Positions 48,701 to 57,830 of a stretch of 63,198 bases of DNA are shown here, piece by piece. The stretch is from a virus. Lineage: Duplodnaviria > Caudoviricetes. A model generated the notes under the pieces. It had not been told where the DNA came from. It searched no databases and was given only the letters and a program-made list of their open reading frames with translations. The DNA is taken from positions 1-63,198 of IMG/VR virus record IMGVR_UViG_3300037485_001078; one strand, 5' to 3'. The position numbers were made by a program, and so were the translations under genes. Within the stretch, counting starts at the first letter, position 1. Every line of letters begins with the position of its first letter.

Positions 48701-51700
48701 AGAGACGATATCGCCAGAGGTTCTCGCACTCACTCGCCAGTACCAGCGCCAGCTCAGGGACTACAACGGATCCTTGTCGCAAGTCACTTCTGCCACTGGG
48801 CCAGAGGTTACGATCTCGGCTGTTGAGCTGCTATCGAGCAAGATTCTGCAGAACAAGTATCGCGGCCTCGACATCTGGCAAAAGGAGCAGGTGCTCACAA
48901 TCAAGGACGACGAAGGAAACGTGGTCAACGAGATCGTGGTTCCTCAGTCCGCATCTCTCAACGCGCTTGTGGGTCAGTACCGCCTCGAAGACGGCATGCT
49001 TGTGGACGAGAACGGAAACAAGATGCAGATCGCTCCTGAGATCGCCGCAGCAAATCTTCCGAACAACACCAACATTTCTGTTGACCAAAGGATTGCTAGA
49101 AACCCAGACGGCTCTCCAAAGATCCTTTCAAATAGGGAGATTCAGGCGCGTGCTAGGAAGCGCGGAGAGGTGTTGAAAAACGCTATCGAGGGCGCTATGG
49201 AGGATGGATCGACAAACCGAGTCCGACCAGTAGGAGAGAACGAGTACGCTGGCATTCTGAGCCCGACTCAGCTACAGGCGATCTTGGCGCTTCCTAATGA
49301 CATAGTGGCTCCTGAGTTGAAGCGCAAGATTGCAGCCTTCAACGAGACGGCCCTACGTAAGGATGGGACGCGAATGATCGTCGAGTACCAAGCAGCGATG
49401 AAGGGCGGAAAATACAAGGCGCTTGCACCTAAGATCCGCGACGTCGTGCCGTTCGGATTCAGAATTACAAAAGATGGTAACTTCCTAGCGACTACAATTT
49501 CTGTCAGCAGAATTTTCGACAAGATCAACGATTGGGCAAAGCCGAACAGGAACAGGCTAAACCTCTGGAACGGAGATACCAACGCGCTGTGGGAAGACAT
49601 CCTACACGTTCTTACGAACCATCAAAAGGGCGAGCGCGGAGAGGTTGGACTCGACGTTGATCCTGACATGGCGATGCTCAAGAAGGATCGAATCAACGAC
49701 ATCTTCAATCTCTTCGACAAGGCCACCGAGTCGAAGAACCCCGATCGTTCCGTAAGCAAGACACGCAAGGGACAAGACTCAATCGACCGCGTCATCATGG
49801 GAATGAGGATGGATCGCGTAAACGACTTCCAGATTTCAAACGCTCAGAAGATCCCAGTGGACTACGGCAAGATCAAAGAGAACTACATGCCAAACGTGCC
49901 TGTAGACGTCGTCCAGAATAATGTTGCCGAGGAAGGCCGCTTAGGTTATAAAGAATCTCCAACCATTAAATATCGTGAACCAAAATACGAAACCACCAAC
50001 CCCCCAAGACTGGGATACATCGATCCGCGAACTACAGAGGAAGGTCAGAGAGTCCTCCGAGAGGATCCAACCCTCGCGCGGGCCTTTGCCGCCCTTGAAG
50101 GAGCGTCTGAGGCTGGCGGAGATCAGCGCCCAACTTCAGGGTCTTCGGTAATACCAGCGGAAACAGAAGCTCTTAGAGAGTTCGCAAAAAACTCAGGGAC
50201 TATGGAGTCTCCTGAAGTCGTCCAAAAATTTACTGATGATTGGAACGCAGAAAATAGAACCGCTGGAACTGAACATCAGGTTTTATTGGGAAACGGAGAT
50301 CGAGTAGAAAAGCGTTTCACAGCCACGTACAACGATACGTGGAAAAACTATCTCAACCGAATATTGTTACACAATATCCTGTTCAGGGATTCAGCGATCA
50401 GGCTCGAAGGTTTCCAAGAAGTTCCTGAAATAACGCAGGATCGTAACGGGCAAGAGTGGAGTCCGGGGTTTTACGCCAAGATTTCTCAGCCATACGCTAG
50501 AGGAAAACACGTTGATCTCATAAAGGATCTCAAGCCGTACATGGAATCGTTGGGCTTCGTTTCTAACGGGCCGATGAATTATTACCACCCAGAATACGGA
50601 GTCCACGTCTCGGACATGCACCCCGGCAATGCATACGTGGAAACGGATGCACAAGGGAACAAGCACGTAAATGTGTTTGATCCAAACTTGCACTTGACTG
50701 GCGAGAAAGAAGGCGACGCCAAGGAACGTGCCCGCGTTGAAGCCAAGTTGGCTACTCAAAGACCAGTTGAGGAAGTTGGTTTTAGCTGGCCGCAAGAGGT
50801 TGACGCAGCGATAGGCCGCATGAAGTCGGTGGTGGAAAACCCGCAGAACATGCCGACTGAGGTCAAGCCTGAAGCACCGCTACCAGTCAATCTCTACGAG
50901 GCTGGAACTAGTTTGGAATCGTTTGGCGTTAATTCGTTGAAGGAAATTGCCGAGCACTACGGCTTCCCAGTCCCAGATAAAGCCAAGCGCGGGGAGATCA
51001 TCGATCTCGTTGAAAACAGGTCGTCTGAAGTGCAATTCAAGCCAGCTACTATAAGGCGCGAAGTTGGGAAGAACGAAGATTTCCTCGGAATGTCCGACGA
51101 GAAAGACGCACAAGAAGCTCTTGACGTCAGCAAGCGCCCGAAATTCGGACTAGCACGCGACCTCGAACAAGGTTACCCGGTCGCACTGCGAATCGACATC
51201 CCAGCGTTCAACCGCACTGGGAACTACGTCGTGACGGTTCATGAAAAGGGAACTCCAAGCAAGGTCGGAGAGGTCATCGGGTACGACAACGTCGCTCGTG
51301 TTGACAACCCCACGTTCATGTCTAACGAGACTGGTGCTGAAAAGATTTCTAAGGGAGAGAGCAAGAAGTTCCCGATTGCCACGGTGGCTGGTGAGTTCAA
51401 CCCATCCCGCGAAATCCCCGCAGATATCAACGATTGGACACCAGTCGGATTCGACCCCAAGGAGCACTCGTACTTCTACGACAAGGCGACCGACGAGCTT
51501 GTGCTGGGCGGAGACGAGGCCGTGAGTGTTGGCAACACCGTCTTTGTAAAGAACCCAGTCTACGGCGACAAGGGGATGGCCCGCTTTATGCCTGCAGCGA
51601 AGGGCGACTCTCCGCAGTCCAGCCTGTCCAAGGACGAGCGCGACGCAGCCGTCAAGTTCTTAGAGCGTGGCACGCTTTCCATGGCGGAGGTTCACGACTC

Positions 51701-54419
51701 ACTCGCCAAGCTCGCCAACGGCGACGTGCAGTCCATCACCGAAAAGCTCTCCACGGGCCGACTCTTCGAGCTCGCGCACAAAGCTACTGGCACTCCGATC
51801 CTGAACCGCGTAGATGCCCTCTCAGCCGTCCGTAGGAACATCAACAGCCGCAAGGACGCACTGACTCAGAGCAGCATGGCATCACCGATGGCCGACGACA
51901 TCGTCCGCACTCCTGTCAATCGTCAGGCCGCTCAGGGGTTGGCATTTAAGCCATCAGAAAGGTACACAACCGTCGAGGTGGCTCCCGACCCAGAAGACAA
52001 GAAAGCGGTTGAGGCTTGGAATTCTTTCAACGAGGCAAGCAAAAAGATAGTAACCGAAAAGGTAGCCAACGATATGCTCCCTAAGATTGCGTCTGACATG
52101 GGTCTACCTGAGCCAATAATCACGCACATCATTGGAGGTTTCCTGAAAGAGACCAATCCTAGCGTGCTGGTAGAATTTCCATCAGATATTCCCTACGAAA
52201 AGCAAATGGAGTTCGCCAAGGTGGCTGGTCACTTGCTCAAGCAGCAGGCGGTCATCACATTTGACGAAGCAAACAAGACTGATGATCAAGCGTTCTTTGT
52301 CGGACTCACTCCATCACGTGAACTTTCGTACGAGGAAACGTCTGAGCTGTACAAAAAAATCAACGATCAAATGGAAGAAGCCGCAGGCTTCACGGGTAAG
52401 ACGGATCAGCTTGTCTTCGGTAATTTCAGCGAAATGTCAAACGAAGATTTCTACACTAAATTGAAATCTGTTGTGGACGAAGTGGGAACTGGCGTTGATT
52501 ATGGCATCAACACCGTACAACACGAATTCCGATCGAACTACATCGAGACGGGATCACCAGACACACTCAACGAAACACAATATGGGAAAGGTAACACACA
52601 GGAAGGCGGAACCGGGGGAGACTCTATTCGGGGGGCTCAAGGGCGTTTTGATGCCCTTCAAACCGCTACAAACGAAGCCGTCCGAGGAGCCATCGAATCC
52701 GAACGAGCCAGTGCCGCAGGAGAAACCACAGGAGTAACCGCCACTCCACAGGCATCGGTAATGCCTCAGTCCGCTCTCAACGTCCTGCACGCCGATAGCG
52801 CCGACCTACCAAAGCCTGAGAAGAAGATCACGAATGCTCGTGTCGCGGTAAACATCGCAGACATTGCAGAGAAGTACTGGGGCGGAAAGATCACGAGTGA
52901 GACTATCACTCCTGAGCAGGAGCAGCAGCTTATCGACAACGGAGCCGAGGAGGCTATCGCTGCGCTTACCGCTAGTGGTAGGAACGCAGGTAACTGGTAC
53001 TTTACCGCAATTAAAGCCGCCATTGCGGTAGTTGGGGTTATCCACAAACAGCTCTCTTCATTGGTCGAAGCAAACAAGATTCCTTATTTTGCTAAGGAAT
53101 CAAACCCAGTAGAAGCAGCTCAGTTCATCCTGAGATTGCCACTTGCGATCACATCGCAGAACATGACCGTTCCTTTGAACGCTCGTTTCTCCGAGGAGCA
53201 GTACAATCACTACGTCAAGAATGGCGAGTTCGATCCATCCAAGCAGTATGGTGAGAAGGCGAAGAGCATCAGCGGCAACCTAAAGCTAGCCAATACCATG
53301 ATTAAGAACCATGGCGGAATCCTGCAGCTCCAAGAGTTTGTTAAGCAGGAATTCACCGTCAGGGATCTTGAGAAGGTCGCCAGCAAGATTGCAGGACAGA
53401 AAGTCACTATCTCAGGACGCAAGGACGACATCGTCAATGGAGCCGCTATCTTCGGCCCTAAGATTGGCCAAGGATTCCTGCAAAATCTCATGGGCAAGTT
53501 CGATCCAGTAACGATCGATCTCTGGATGCGTCGGACGTGGGGTAGGTGGACAGGAGATGTCGTAGGTGACGGCGTCACTGGCACACGACTAGCACGCTTA
53601 ATCGATGAATCTCGCAACTCAGGAAGGAAGTTGCCCCCATCGCTGAAAAACCTTCGTACTGTAGACCGCAGCCTTGACGTCAAGAAAAGCGGAGAGCCTA
53701 CAAAGCCAGTACGTACCATATCGGAAAACGTCGAGGAGAGGTTAGAAAACGATCCTCAGTTCAGGAAAGACGTTGAGACACTCGCCAAGGAGTGGAACCG
53801 CGAGTTCCAGAAGTATTATGACTTCATGGGAGCTCCTATCTCTCCAGCTACCGCCCAAGGAATCAGGGATCTCATCGCCAACCAAGCTCCAGAAGCAGAT
53901 ATCACGAAGGCGTACAACAAGTTGATTCGCAGCCAGAGCAAGATCCGCGAGGATCTCGATGAGGCGTACAAGCAGCTTTCTCCAGCTCAGAAACGTACTG
54001 CAGAAGGCAAGAATATCCCCAAGGATACTTGGATCGCCGAGCAGCACGCAAAGAACGGACGCACCGAGGTTCTAACCAACCCCGAAAAGAACAAGCTGAA
54101 GCCCCAGTGGGCCAACGCAGCGAAGTCAATCGTAGCCGAGCTGAATCCTATCGACATCCCCACCGATCAAGACCGCGTAGTCATTACGCGCATCGTGAAT
54201 GGCATCCGCAAGAAACTTGAGGACAAAGGGTACACGGTCACCAACGCCGATATCCAAGCCATTTTGTGGTATCCAGAAAAAGATCTCTGGGCTAAGTTGA
54301 GGGGAGAGGAAGAATCAAACCTGAACACATCTTATGACGACGAATTCATCAAAATCGCAGAGCAACGCGGACTTGGAGCAGAAGCCAAAGCAATTGCAAA
54401 ACCAATCCGAGGCTATTGA
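45786..54419 (+). CDS. large polyvalent internal virion protein (2877 aa) with kinase-like and HhH-glycosylase-like domains
   Basis: GTEH.V...YLNRILLHN.LF...SQPY...SDMHPGN...FDP; WY...AITS...GPKI...NL...VTID.W...QAILW. Confidence 0.75.
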   Translation: MSYLSKLEEEYSQQTQKEGVAAQPTESAEPPKPEGYLAKLESEYKSAPTEKPKSYLEGLDQKYDVNPDSLRGRKERGEPLSEDQERVIFDADRARSAGEQAAATGKGVFTSLSELVPQAFEGTKKIIGASKDLTKQIGLKYLDVNPIVPEIAVDYIAGNTAEDRQTNLEKAAKKEQEVVRSAASGAVQAGEEVINEAARGAFFGTPLTDLIQEYPAGKLAFEAMKAGGPVAFATEALGQKIFGAPLVDVQPITKDESFQRSRNRESMRQQEQQEYKDLPERTTAALVKLAESSAGSALGKSLGVPSNEQFQKDLVQELKDRAIVPDKDIAMIGNMLSPLDPTFVLAGPLARASSKAFDLASGAGLRALTKPTIAGMNPLEATGRVIRFGGEGTQKAARKFSDFLTGSEDSFIGKLADPIVAVTRRPGMIVEGAGRALRDIGRQIDDVGVRSRTGIIERAGQDARSGDFMRTVFGPGTEKAQAKALKAAEKVAGEGGEASLPASAFVSKRQKAARTADWVFRQAEAIARYGTSGAAIGTALGLPDIENAEQLGQMATTGAMVGAIGGMRLGEKGAKLIDPRVSLKGKIDAILADDPVSRRADEDADIERFRNTAAPDIISKADEFGNINSVLQSFDGHLQNLAIQRDQAIARGEADVAAGMELEIKKTAASKDAVAKMTPDAMKEYQRRVDLTLADSLDLAKTTGEAVGLNNVEIKLLSPVEMLGHLRDKWGSTLTNAEYVLQSLAGNNDLSDADQQKLNQATETVNQFNAMYQTAMAQRGYAMSENTYSDSPMHLRPANLKTPSVVVNSELVKSQLGNNLYATLNHELLAHALRNFKEVKAMMGPLEEYLFGKKVQNADGSITEISKGIYDDAAIDRMGDYYAELLGGDKWKAGFSTEQQYRSYIKEEILAEAAGLSSNTANLRADLDSPGQAFVDWAATSNKNTFIGKIRDALGLKGVLLDDAGRISDILGETISPEVLALTRQYQRQLRDYNGSLSQVTSATGPEVTISAVELLSSKILQNKYRGLDIWQKEQVLTIKDDEGNVVNEIVVPQSASLNALVGQYRLEDGMLVDENGNKMQIAPEIAAANLPNNTNISVDQRIARNPDGSPKILSNREIQARARKRGEVLKNAIEGAMEDGSTNRVRPVGENEYAGILSPTQLQAILALPNDIVAPELKRKIAAFNETALRKDGTRMIVEYQAAMKGGKYKALAPKIRDVVPFGFRITKDGNFLATTISVSRIFDKINDWAKPNRNRLNLWNGDTNALWEDILHVLTNHQKGERGEVGLDVDPDMAMLKKDRINDIFNLFDKATESKNPDRSVSKTRKGQDSIDRVIMGMRMDRVNDFQISNAQKIPVDYGKIKENYMPNVPVDVVQNNVAEEGRLGYKESPTIKYREPKYETTNPPRLGYIDPRTTEEGQRVLREDPTLARAFAALEGASEAGGDQRPTSGSSVIPAETEALREFAKNSGTMESPEVVQKFTDDWNAENRTAGTEHQVLLGNGDRVEKRFTATYNDTWKNYLNRILLHNILFRDSAIRLEGFQEVPEITQDRNGQEWSPGFYAKISQPYARGKHVDLIKDLKPYMESLGFVSNGPMNYYHPEYGVHVSDMHPGNAYVETDAQGNKHVNVFDPNLHLTGEKEGDAKERARVEAKLATQRPVEEVGFSWPQEVDAAIGRMKSVVENPQNMPTEVKPEAPLPVNLYEAGTSLESFGVNSLKEIAEHYGFPVPDKAKRGEIIDLVENRSSEVQFKPATIRREVGKNEDFLGMSDEKDAQEALDVSKRPKFGLARDLEQGYPVALRIDIPAFNRTGNYVVTVHEKGTPSKVGEVIGYDNVARVDNPTFMSNETGAEKISKGESKKFPIATVAGEFNPSREIPADINDWTPVGFDPKEHSYFYDKATDELVLGGDEAVSVGNTVFVKNPVYGDKGMARFMPAAKGDSPQSSLSKDERDAAVKFLERGTLSMAEVHDSLAKLANGDVQSITEKLSTGRLFELAHKATGTPILNRVDALSAVRRNINSRKDALTQSSMASPMADDIVRTPVNRQAAQGLAFKPSERYTTVEVAPDPEDKKAVEAWNSFNEASKKIVTEKVANDMLPKIASDMGLPEPIITHIIGGFLKETNPSVLVEFPSDIPYEKQMEFAKVAGHLLKQQAVITFDEANKTDDQAFFVGLTPSRELSYEETSELYKKINDQMEEAAGFTGKTDQLVFGNFSEMSNEDFYTKLKSVVDEVGTGVDYGINTVQHEFRSNYIETGSPDTLNETQYGKGNTQEGGTGGDSIRGAQGRFDALQTATNEAVRGAIESERASAAGETTGVTATPQASVMPQSALNVLHADSADLPKPEKKITNARVAVNIADIAEKYWGGKITSETITPEQEQQLIDNGAEEAIAALTASGRNAGNWYFTAIKAAIAVVGVIHKQLSSLVEANKIPYFAKESNPVEAAQFILRLPLAITSQNMTVPLNARFSEEQYNHYVKNGEFDPSKQYGEKAKSISGNLKLANTMIKNHGGILQLQEFVKQEFTVRDLEKVASKIAGQKVTISGRKDDIVNGAAIFGPKIGQGFLQNLMGKFDPVTIDLWMRRTWGRWTGDVVGDGVTGTRLARLIDESRNSGRKLPPSLKNLRTVDRSLDVKKSGEPTKPVRTISENVEERLENDPQFRKDVETLAKEWNREFQKYYDFMGAPISPATAQGIRDLIANQAPEADITKAYNKLIRSQSKIREDLDEAYKQLSPAQKRTAEGKNIPKDTWIAEQHAKNGRTEVLTNPEKNKLKPQWANAAKSIVAELNPIDIPTDQDRVVITRIVNGIRKKLEDKGYTVTNADIQAILWYPEKDLWAKLRGEEESNLNTSYDDEFIKIAEQRGLGAEAKAIAKPIRGY

Positions 54420-54531
54420 GCCCCATGAGCTCACCGAAAATATGTCAGAGGAGCAGATTGCAGAATTCGCTCAAGCCCTAACCGAGCTGATCAATTCCAA
54501 GAAGGATACAAACCAACCAACCACTCTTTAA
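54334..54531 (+). CDS. small ORF overlapping the end of the polyvalent gene
   Basis: +1 frame; fills the gap to ATG 54534. Confidence 0.45.
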   Translation: MTTNSSKSQSNADLEQKPKQLQNQSEAIEPHELTENMSEEQIAEFAQALTELINSKKDTNQPTTL

Positions 54532-54533
54532 CC

Positions 54534-54677
54534 ATGCCCCTTAAACAATGCGCCTCCCAGAATTGCTTTGAACGCAATATTGCCTCAGAAGTCCGTTCTG
54601 GCACTCCTGTAAAACAAGCTGTTGCCATCGCTTATAGCGTCAAACGTAGGGCTCAAGCAAAAGCCAAGAAAAAATAG
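54534..54677 (+). CDS. small basic conserved phage protein
   Basis: MPLK...NI..E...G.P.KQAVAIAYS motif. Confidence 0.75.
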   Translation: MPLKQCASQNCFERNIASEVRSGTPVKQAVAIAYSVKRRAQAKAKKK

Positions 54678-54687
54678 TCGCGTCTAA

Positions 54688-55314
54688 ATGCGAATAGAAA
54701 TCAAGGCAGTTGATCCGATCGCGCTGCGCGAAAAATCTGTCTGGCTGAAGGACGGCTCGCTACAAGTTCTCGTCCCAGATTATGGGAACAACAACAACGG
54801 GTCTTTTTTAGTTGCACTACGTGAATTGGTAGAAGCGTGGCAGTGTCGTAAGTTGCACATCCCCAATGGAGCGGTTAAGCACAAACAAGAGATCGTTGCG
54901 GCTGAGATTGAGAGGCACGTTGCGAACGCACTTGAAATTGATTGGCAGCAGCACGAGAAGTGGGTCGAGAATTCGTACGACGAAGTTGCTCGTAATAGTA
55001 CGATAGAAGCTCCAAGAATTTTACTTCACGGCCCACGTGCTTGGGCCGAACTTCACCTCTTTGCACTGCGTCATGAAGCAACGCGTCATGGCGTCAGTGC
55101 TGCAAGTTGGTTTGCGGATTGGGTCGCGGATCTTCCCTTCGATGGTTGTCCATGCAAGGGGCACCTGCACGAATTTTTAGCGTGCAATCCTCCCGACTGG
55201 GACAAGTTTTTTTCGTGGTCAGTCAACCTGCACAACGCGGTGAATGCGCGTATCGGAAAACTCACGATTGGCCTTGATCAGGCGCGTGAGCTTTGGTCTT
55301 CGAGGTTGTTCTAG
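54688..55314 (+). CDS. protein with C-terminal Erv1/Alr-like sulfhydryl oxidase domain
   Basis: GPRAWAELH...GCPCKGH...FFSWSVNLHNAVNARIGK. Confidence 0.72.
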   Translation: MRIEIKAVDPIALREKSVWLKDGSLQVLVPDYGNNNNGSFLVALRELVEAWQCRKLHIPNGAVKHKQEIVAAEIERHVANALEIDWQQHEKWVENSYDEVARNSTIEAPRILLHGPRAWAELHLFALRHEATRHGVSAASWFADWVADLPFDGCPCKGHLHEFLACNPPDWDKFFSWSVNLHNAVNARIGKLTIGLDQARELWSSRLF

Positions 55315-55328
55315 CTCCTAGAGCTAGT

Positions 55329-55391
55329 GTTTATGCGGGTCAAAATAATTAAAACTTTTTATTGCTAACCGAAGCGGAATAGGCAATACTC
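55329..55391 (+). promoter_or_regulatory. conserved phage early promoter, copy 2
   Basis: GTTTATGCGGGTCAAAATAATTAAAACTTTTTATTGCTAACCGAAGCGGAAT; TTGCTA-17-AATACT. Confidence 0.7.
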
Positions 55392-55429
55392 ACTCCAGTC
55401 AGTAACAACCAACCAAAGGAACCACTACA

Positions 55430-55858
55430 ATGAGCAGATCAGTATCCACACCAAATAACGCAATCGTCCGAGTTTTCATCGACGTATCCGACATCGAAGA
55501 TTCTTGGGAGTTTGACAACTGGATCGAAAGAATCCAAGAACTTGTCACCAACGTATTCCCAGAATTCAAGACATGCAGCTATTTCTGCAACCGCGAAGAC
55601 CACGTTATTCTTGAGTGCGACGCTGCAAGCGTGACTGTCTCCGAGTACAGCGGACTCGCTGCAGTTTGCCTCACTCAGAACAGCGAGTACAACGCGCAGC
55701 CCCTAGTCATTGCGGATCGTTTCAGAAAGCTAATCGAGCAGGAGCACCCATACAGCCTGCTACGCAAGCTCGGCACGTTCAGTAATGGCGAGGCGATCTT
55801 CGAGCTTGCAAATAAGCCGGGGTCTTGCGTCAGCAGCAAAGAAGGACAGCTCTGGTAA
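55430..55858 (+). CDS. hypothetical protein
   Basis: First ORF after the promoter. Confidence 0.7.
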   Translation: MSRSVSTPNNAIVRVFIDVSDIEDSWEFDNWIERIQELVTNVFPEFKTCSYFCNREDHVILECDAASVTVSEYSGLAAVCLTQNSEYNAQPLVIADRFRKLIEQEHPYSLLRKLGTFSNGEAIFELANKPGSCVSSKEGQLW

Positions 55859-55892
55859 AAACTCAACAATCCACCAACCACCAACTAATACA

Positions 55893-56396
55893 ATGAACGA
55901 CATCATCATCCCAGCAGCCTTCTACGACCGCGCTCTTGAGCGCAATGTTCCAGTGCCAGTCGAGCAGGAGATCCGCTCCAAGGGGCGCGGCAAGCAGTAC
56001 GTTATCGACAAGGATGACGCCAGCCTCGCCAGCCTCATCGAGTACGCCGACACCTGCCTCATCAGCGATCCCAAGACCGCTGCAGCAGCCAACTCCACGT
56101 TGCTCTCCCTCCGCAAGCAGGGAATCAAGCTGAACCTCAACAACACGCTGCGCATCAGCTCCGCCAAGCCAGTCACCCGCCGCACCGCAGCCAAGGCCAC
56201 GGGGCGCGACTACAACCGGGAGCTGATCGTCACGATCACGCCTCGCGGTGATCTCATCCTCCGCCCAGTCGGACGCCGTCAGGCCGAGCAGGTCGCTCTC
56301 TCCGACGTCTACGCTTGGGTGCAGCGCAACCGCTGTCTCAGGATCGCCCGCGACAAGGCCGCGCTCAAAGCCTCCAAGCGGAAGAGCCGCCGATAA
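55893..56396 (+). CDS. hypothetical protein
   Basis: A/C-rich leader; biased codons. Confidence 0.65.
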   Translation: MNDIIIPAAFYDRALERNVPVPVEQEIRSKGRGKQYVIDKDDASLASLIEYADTCLISDPKTAAAANSTLLSLRKQGIKLNLNNTLRISSAKPVTRRTAAKATGRDYNRELIVTITPRGDLILRPVGRRQAEQVALSDVYAWVQRNRCLRIARDKAALKASKRKSRR

Positions 56397-56450
56397 CAAT
56401 CACCCGCCCCGACGTTCCACCCGGAGGGGCACCATCAACGCACCACTACA

Positions 56451-56678
56451 ATGAACAGCAAACGCCGCACAGAAATCGCTGCAGCCATCAGCACGCTCGA
56501 AGATCTCATCTCCCGCATCGAAGACATCCAGAGCGAAGAGCAGGACGCCTACGACAACCTCCCAGAGGGGCTGCAGAGCAGCGAGCGCGGGGAGCAGTCC
56601 TCCGCAGCAGCCGACTCACTATCAAACGCAGCCAGCGAGCTGGAGTCAGCTCTCTCATCGCTGCAGGACATCGAATAA
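56451..56678 (+). CDS. conserved phage coiled-coil protein
   Basis: MN..RR...EEQDAYDNLPE.LQ.SERGE motif. Confidence 0.8.
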   Translation: MNSKRRTEIAAAISTLEDLISRIEDIQSEEQDAYDNLPEGLQSSERGEQSSAAADSLSNAASELESALSSLQDIE

Positions 56679-56689
56679 TCACGGGGCTT

Positions 56690-56731
56690 AAAAATAATCA
56701 TTTACAACCTAAGCGGATTAGATAGTATCTC
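56690..56731 (+). promoter_or_regulatory. conserved phage early promoter, copy 3
   Basis: AAAATAATCATTTACAACCTAAGCGGATT. Confidence 0.65.
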
Positions 56732-56770
56732 TCTCGTCAGTAAACACCAAACCAACAAACACACATCACC

Positions 56771-56920
56771 ATGCACAGCCTACAAGTCATCATCTACAGC
56801 AACACCAACGCCGAGCGTAAAGCCCGCGCCAAAGCCATCGCCTACCGCGCAGAGCAGGCGCAGCGCAAGATCGCAGAGCGCTTCGCCATCTCACGCGGAA
56901 TCCCCATCAACCATCGCTAG
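56771..56920 (+). CDS. small hypothetical protein (49 aa)
   Basis: First ATG after the promoter; A/C-rich leader. Confidence 0.5.
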   Translation: MHSLQVIIYSNTNAERKARAKAIAYRAEQAQRKIAERFAISRGIPINHR

Positions 56921-56960
56921 TCAACCCATCAGTCAACACAACCAACAACCCACTACCAAC

Positions 56961-57782
56961 GTGAACAACACCAACACACTCCGCCCCCAGTTCGACACCG
57001 CAACCCGCTACGTCGATACCACCACCGAGAAGTTCGCCCCGATCCGCACTGCGGACGCGGTGGACGCGCTCCTCGACAACGGCTGGCAGATCCAGACCGC
57101 GAGCGTCGCCAAGACGCGCACGCTGGCTCGTCAACCATTCGCACGCCACGCGGCCACGCTCTCGTTCCCAGACGACCAGTCCTCCGCTGAGTTCCGCCCG
57201 CAGATCCTGATCGTCAACAGCAACGACGGCGGCTCAGCGTTCAAGCTCTTCGCGGGCATCTACCGCTTCGTTTGCGCCAACGGCATCGTTGTCGGTTCGA
57301 CCTTCGAGGGCATCTCGATCCGCCACATCGGCGACGTCGATACCATCAAGGCTCGCATCGTCGATGGCGCTGACCGCATCCGCCGTGGGGCTCCCGTACT
57401 GGGAACCTTGGCCGAGCAGTTCCGCAACACCGAGCTGAACCCCAGCCAGATCCTGCAGTTCAACACGATCGCCGCTGGCCTTCGGTTCCCCAAGCTCGGA
57501 GACCGCGAGAAGCTCGCCAACCTCGCGCTGCAGTTCGACGTGGTTCGCCGCAGGGAAGACCAGAACAACGACCTCTGGTCAACCTTCAACCGCGTGCAGG
57601 AGACCGCCATTCGTGGAGGCATCCAGAACGGACGTCGCCGCGTTCGTGGCCTCTCCAGCATCGGTCGCAACGTCTCGCTCAACCGCTCCCTCTGGGATCT
57701 CGCGGTGGACACCCGTGAGGGACGTCTCGACGAGCGCTTCGACGCCTTCCAGAGCAGCATTCAGGACGCCGTCCTCGTCTAA
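56961..57782 (+). CDS. DUF932/DUF945-family protein
   Basis: NSNDG.SAF.L.AG.YRFVCANG, IRHIG and DLWSTFNRVQE motifs. Confidence 0.85.
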   Translation: MNNTNTLRPQFDTATRYVDTTTEKFAPIRTADAVDALLDNGWQIQTASVAKTRTLARQPFARHAATLSFPDDQSSAEFRPQILIVNSNDGGSAFKLFAGIYRFVCANGIVVGSTFEGISIRHIGDVDTIKARIVDGADRIRRGAPVLGTLAEQFRNTELNPSQILQFNTIAAGLRFPKLGDREKLANLALQFDVVRRREDQNNDLWSTFNRVQETAIRGGIQNGRRRVRGLSSIGRNVSLNRSLWDLAVDTREGRLDERFDAFQSSIQDAVLV

Positions 57783-57789
57783 GTTAATC

Positions 57790-57827
57790 GGGGGGCTCCC
57801 TTCGGGGAGCCTCCACAACTTTTTATT
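57790..57827 (+). terminator. intrinsic terminator
   Basis: GGGGGCTCCC-TTCG-GGGAGCCTCC then a T run. Confidence 0.8.
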
Positions 57828-57830
57828 CCA

